Shown here in pieces: positions 58,615 to 64,000 of a DNA stretch of 64,000 nt. The translations under genes were made by a program, and so were the position numbers. This DNA comes from Mobula hypostoma. Lineage: Eukaryota. A model generated the notes under the pieces. It ran no database searches. It was not told the origin of the DNA and saw nothing but the letters and a program-made list of their open reading frames with translations. The first letter of the stretch is position 1; each line of letters starts with the position of its first letter. Location of the stretch: assembly GCF_963921235.1 (NCBI RefSeq), contig NC_086097.1:68202001-68266000 (forward strand). The letters run 5' to 3'.

Positions 58615-60830
58615 AACTTGAGCAACAATTCAGCAAGTCAGGCAGCATCTATGTAGGGGAATGAGCAGCTGATGTTCCAGGCTGAGACCCTTCATCAGGA
58701 ATGGAAAGGAAAGGGGCAGAAGCCAGAATAAGAAGCTGGAGGCAAGAGGAAGGAGTACAACATAGCAGGTGATAGGTGAGACCAGTTGAGGGGGAAAGTG
58801 AGTGGCTAGGGGAGAGGGGGATGAAATAAGAAGTCGAGAGGAGATAGGTGGAAGAGGTAAAGGGCTGAAGGAGGAGAGGACAGTGAACTGTGGAAGAAGG
58901 AGAAGTAGGAGTGTTACGTACCCCGTAACTGGGTTGCCAAACCAGCAGAAATGGATCACTCAGTTGGAGTCTGGAGTACTAGAACTAAGAAAGTTTTATT
59001 AAAGAAACAAGCAACACAGTAATCGAAAGGATAATAAATGCAACAGTTCAACAATGATAACCACACATGTGCACAGAATTAAGATAACAGCATCAATCAA
59101 GCTCTATCGTTGTCTAGGGGTAAACGACCAAATTTCAAAGTGACTCAAAGTTCAGTCCAGTTTAGTAGTTCAGTTCGCAGTAATCGTTGCCGTGGCGATG
59201 GACAACGTGCGGGGAGAGAGAGATAGAACAGGAACAACTGATCATTCAGAACGGCTTCACTCATAGACCGGCGAGATGGCTCACAAGCAACTTTTGGGCG
59301 GGTCCTTGGTGATGTCACCTGAGGTCACCGACTGTGACCCCTCCTCCAGATGCGGTCGATCCTCTGCAGTGAACCCGGCACCCAGGCAAGGGCGGACACA
59401 CACCGGGTTCCCGCTGATCGTACCTTTCCACCCTGGCCGTTGTCTGGTACTTCCCACCGACTCGTGAGGGGCGCACCGCTTCCAGGGTCTCGTTACCTCG
59501 GGTGGCGTGTGTCTGCTGCCTTAGCAAACCGGTCCCTTTTTATCCCCCTGCTGGGGTATCGCCTGTCCATCACTTCAAACAGTTCAAGGTTCAAAGGGGG
59601 GGAGCCGCTCCAGACAGCTCTCTCTCCCCCGTTCCTTCATTACACATCTCCAGACGCTGCTCCATTGTTCCTTATCTCTCCTTCCCCTGAGGGCAGGTGG
59701 CAGACCACTTGCTGATGTCACTGATGCTAACCCAGGCCAGCAAACATCTTAATTTTATGTGTATTCTCGTCACAGGAGAAGGATCAGGGGGAGTTGATAG
59801 GCAAACAAGGAGAAGAAAAGGGGTAAGAAGGTAACCAGAAGGGGGAATGGAAAAAAGAGAGAAGGAAGGTAGGGAGAAAAGTTACCAGAAGTTGGAGAAG
59901 CTAGTATTAATGTCATCAGGTTGGGGGATACACGAATAGAATTTGAGGTGTTGCATCTCCACCCTGAGTTTGGCCTCATCATGGCAGTAGAGAAGGCCAT
60001 GGCCAGACATGACAGAATGGGAATGGGAAGTTGAATTGAAACTGGGTAGCCATTGGTAGATCCTGTCTTTCACGGTGGACTGAGGGAAAGTGCTCTTCAA
60101 AGTGATCCCCCAAACTGCGTCGTCACACCGACGTAAAGGATGCCGCAGCGGGAGCACTGGAAACAACAGACTCGTAGGGTAAAGGTTATGTTATTTGGAG
60201 GGACTGTTTGGGGCCCAGCATGGTGGTGAGGAAGGAGGTGTTTGCAGGGATAGTACCAGGAGGGAAATCAGTGGGATGAGCAAGTGGACAATGGAGTCAC
60301 ATAGAGAACAATCTCTATGGAAATGGAGAGTTGGAGAGCATAGGGAAAGATGTGTTTTGTGGCAGGATTCCTTTGGAGGTGGCGGTAGTTATAGAGAATG
60401 ATGTACTTTATGCAGAAGCTTATGCTGTGTTAGGTAAGGACAAGACCCCTATCCCAGTTATAATGGCAGGGGAATGGGAGGATGAGGACAGATATGCAAG
60501 AAATGAAGATGATTGTAGAGAAGACAGCATCAATGGTAATGGAAGGGAACTCCCATTCTTTGAAAAAAAAGACAACTCAGATGCTCTAGAATGGAAAACC
60601 TCATCCTGAGAACAAATGTGGCAGAAACAGAGGAACTGGGAGAAGGGAGTAGCAATTTTACAAGTGACGGGGTGGGAAGAGGTGTAGTCAAGATAACTGT
60701 GAGAGTCAATTGGTTTATAAAAGATGTCAGTGGACAGTCTGTCTCGAGAGGTTGAGAAGTTTCAAGGGTGGAACATTTACATTTGAGTGGAGGATAGAAG
60801 TTGAAGGCAAAGTTGATGAAGTTGAAACTC
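58615..60830 (-). mobile_element. Old Penelope element (RT C-terminus, GIY-YIG, 3' end), split by a solo LTR
   Basis: FNFINFAFNFYPPLK and FNSTSHSHSVMSGHGLLYCHDEAKLRVEMQHL..QPDDINTSFSNFW parallel the intact ORF. 3' end gctgagacccttcatcagga at 58681-58700. Confidence 0.88.
58912..59774 (-). mobile_element. Solo LTR (863 bp), young
   Basis: Termini TGTTACG...CGTCACA, 4-bp TSD GGAG (58908-58911, 59775-59778), CpG-rich, AATAAA on the minus strand at ~58995. Confidence 0.85.
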
Positions 60831-61849
60831 TGTTGTACTTGGTGCAGCATAATTGAGAAGCTCAGCAAAATACTGCTTATCCAACACAACAACATAATTT
60901 TACTTTTTGTTCAGAAGAATATTTTTACAAATAAGTCCAAGAATCTGTGATTTCATGTTTTATTTTCAATCTTGCACAATCTTAATAGCCTCTGAATAGG
61001 ACTGTTAACTTGGGAGTCAATATGCAAGCAGATTTATGAACCACATCAAAAAAACAATTTTTTTCTTTCATAAAGATTAACTTTTTTGTCACAAGTACCA
61101 AAGCATTGAAACATACAATGAAATGTGTCATTGTGCAACAACGACCAATATTGTCTGAGGATGTGCAGGATGCAGCCTCCCAGTGCTGCCATGCTACTGG
61201 TGCCCACAATTTACTGATTTACCCATACGTCTTTGGAATATGGGAGGAAATTGGAGCACAAGGTCACAGAGAGAACATACAAATTCCTTGCAGACTGGGG
61301 CAGGAATTGAATCCCCATCTTCTGATCACTGGTGTTTCATTAACTGCTAAACTACCATGCCGCCATGGGATGTCACAGTAATGTACCAGTTAGTACAACC
61401 CTTTAGTGTTAAGGTTGGAGAGGGTTGTGGGTGGATATCCAACCACTTCAAAAAAAAGTTTGACAAATCTTGCAAGTTGAGTGCAAACCATCGACCTGTG
61501 CAATCTCCAAAGTCACCGACAGCACCTTCAATCATCAATTCAGCGCTGATGGAATTACTGAATCCCCTTGGCCAAATACTCTCAATCTGCAATTTTTAAT
61601 GACAATTGCTGACCCAATTGCACCCTGCCTCAAACCCGCAATTTTTCTCATAATCACATGGCAATAGTTCCATACATATCAGCACCAGTCAGTGTTCAAC
61701 CTTCTCGGACATAAATTTACAATGAGAGCTCTAAGTATTTAAGCAGCCTGTTTAAGGCTAAGAGACTGTTTGCCCATTTACAGGCCTATCTGAATAATGT
61801 ATCAGTGAGAGCCTGAGGCACTGAGGAAGCAGATAAAGTATACATACAC

Positions 61850-61937
61850 ACAAGAGAATCTGCAGATGCTGGAAACCTTGAGCAAAACACACAAGACGCT
61901 GGGGTAACTCGGCAAGTCAGGCAGCATCTATGGAGAG
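61850..61937 (-). mobile_element. Penelope 3'-terminal fragment (single arm)
   Basis: aagagaatctgcagatgctggaaac...acgctggggtaactcggcaagtcaggcagcatctatgg resembles 31740-31822. Confidence 0.7.
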
Positions 61938-62009
61938 TCATCCTTGCCAAATGACTCCTTCCACTGTCAGAGGAAGTAATCCCTGACCCTCAGTCCTGTC
62001 CATTTAGAG

Positions 62010-63500
62010 CAGGGGCTCTTAACCTGGGACAGATTCCAGGGGGTCCATGAACTTGGATGGGGAAAAAATACATCTTTATTTTCATTAACCACTAACTGAA
62101 ATTTAGCATTTCCTTCATATATGAACGTAGGCAACAAACCTCAGCAGTATTAGCAGTACCTGTGACTCCGTCACCAATAGAAATCACAGATATTTTCATA
62201 TCACATTACATTTGTTACAAATATCTCAAAATATCGCTTACGGCACGCGTGTCACAACTTCGAAATTACAATAGTTATTAGACACTCTGCTAGATCGAAC
62301 ATGATCGCAGCCTTCCTGTCTGTAGACGCTCGTGTGATGCAGCTGGTCGACTACCGGGCCACCCTGCCCCTAGTAGTTGTTCAGCCACCAAACGGTAAAG
62401 TCGTGTGTTCTCACATTTGTGTACCAGGCATCTGTGTTGCTCTCCATTATTCCCTATCTGCAGTTGCTTGTTAATCAATGTATAGAAGAAGGTGAGTTAT
62501 TTTTATTGTTTGTTAAAATTTTGGAAAACTGGACAGTTTAAATGAAAATTCTTAACTCTCCACTGGGCTACAAGATCTTTTGTAATACTACATGACTTTG
62601 TGCGCAACAATAGTCTAATTCCAAGAAGAATACAACGCCTGAGCTACTGCTGCAATCCTTGTGTCTATCTGAGTATCTAAAAGACAGTAAATGTTAAAAC
62701 TTTGGATAAATTGTAAACTCTGCCTTATTTTACTTACTTGGCATAAAAATTTCTTGAATATCTTAGACTTCACTTAATTAACATACAAGGTTACTTATTT
62801 CTTTGCAGATTTATCAAATATCTTAAAAAACCATACAAAAATATTGTTTCAAAACATGTCAACTGAATCAATTATTTTATTTTAGCTTTATTTATTTTAT
62901 ATTGTTTGCAGACCCGATTTCATTTGAATTGTCAAAGAAAAGGAACCCATGTATTAAATTGTTTCACATGCATTAAGGGGCATGGCAGGACACAGAAGCC
63001 AAAGTGTTCCTTGTGCGGAAAAGTTCTTGTGAATGGAAGTATGAAGCCAGCAAGACTTAAAGAGTACCTCATGTATGTCCATCCTGAAAATGCATCTAAA
63101 TTTGCGCGGTTTTTTGTGCGAAGAAAACTCAATTTGAAAAAGTTATGACACTTCCAAAACTTGGATTTGCCATGTCAAAAAAACCTTTTCTTGAAGCATC
63201 CTATAAAGTTACTTACCAGACTGACAAGAAAAAGAAACTCCACACCATTGGAGAGATTTCAGTATAGGCATGCGGACTGGAAATGGTCCAGCTGTTTTGT
63301 GGACTGGAACGGAGGAAAAACTTGAAGCAGTTCCCTAATCAAATGACGCGATACATTCTAGAATAGTTTATATTTCTTTCAACATTTTGAAGCAGGTCAT
63401 TGAGGAATTGGTAATCTTGCAATTCCCATTCAGTATGCAACTGGATGAAACTACAGCCATCTCTCAATATCGTCAGCTCTTTGTTTTTGATGGTGTTGTC
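62010..63500 (+). mobile_element. hAT-Charlie/Buster transposon, decayed transposase, 3'-truncated
   Basis: Left end CAGGGGCTCTTAACCTGGG. BED finger FTCI...QKPKCSLCGKVLVNGSMKPARLKEYLMYVHP; LEASYKV...KKLHTIGE; FSMQLDETT.ISQYRQLFVF (first catalytic Asp). Confidence 0.88.
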
Positions 63501-63504
63501 CACA

Positions 63505-63990
63505 TGGTGATGCCATCTTCCTCTTGTGTGTTACCAAGCTTCTCCACAACGAGATTGAAGACAGCAGCGGTGTGACAGTGGATGTCAGATTAGATGGCAA
63601 CCTCTTTGACATCAGGAGGCTCCATGCAACCACTGAACTCCCATCGACCACCTGCTGGTTTGCTTCATCCCATACCTGTCCCTGGTCAGCGTCAGCTGCA
63701 GTGGCTGGGGCACGTGATAAGGATGCCCCCATGCCGGCTACGCCACTAAGTGTTATACAGCCAGCTACATCATGGTTGATGTTCAGCTGAAAGAAGTGCT
63801 ATAAGGATCAGATGAAGAATGCTTTAAGGAAGTGCAAGATCAGACCCAAGGAACTGGAGGAGGTTGTTGCTGACCATACCACTTGGCAACAGCTGTGTAG
63901 GGACGGGGTTTGTATTCCTTTAGATGGAAAGAACAACCAGAAGACAGCAGAAGAGAACTAGAAGAAATGCAGCCATGGTTGCCACCATTA
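63505..63990 (+). mobile_element. RTE-clade LINE remnant, internally deleted
   Basis: SSGVTVDVRLDGNLFDIRRLHATT is an RTE RT motif. The C-terminal region reads YKDQMKNALRKCKIRPKELEEVVADHTTWQQLCRDGV. Confidence 0.75.
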
Positions 63991-64000
63991 CCATTACCAC

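Noticed and set aside
62906..63500. Domesticated ZBED/Buster-type gene
   Set aside because: Frameshifts and stops, a retained transposon terminus and truncation by an RTE fragment show it is a dead transposon.

Overview
Eukaryotic, repeat-rich, almost entirely intronic DNA. The repeat set (CR1/HER1-type LINEs, V-SINE/HE1-like SINEs, Neptune-type Penelope elements, Rex-Babar tails) points to a cartilaginous fish, probably a ray; that assignment is inference. The only host coding sequence I can support is one 83-nt exon on the minus strand (53656-53738) of a bHLH-PAS gene of the NPAS1/NPAS3 group, so the rest of the window probably lies in its flanking introns. Those introns hold nested transposons, several with readable target-site duplications (TSDs). 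They include a young Penelope element with an open RT + GIY-YIG frame inside a CR1, a near full-length CR1 whose 5' half is inverted with twin-priming geometry, a hAT with a 6-bp TSD split by a Tx1 LINE, a decayed Gypsy split by a solo LTR, a BEL/Pao gag remnant, and Tc1, Charlie and RTE remnants. The most notable non-coding signal is a set of minimal hammerhead-ribozyme motifs (CUGANGA...GAAA..GUC) in Penelope 3' ends and in short palindromic Penelope-derived elements. Several of these lie sense to the host pre-mRNA. I see no firm evidence for a wholly new gene system. All family names come from recognising motifs by eye, not from database searches, and most repeat boundaries without a TSD are approximate.
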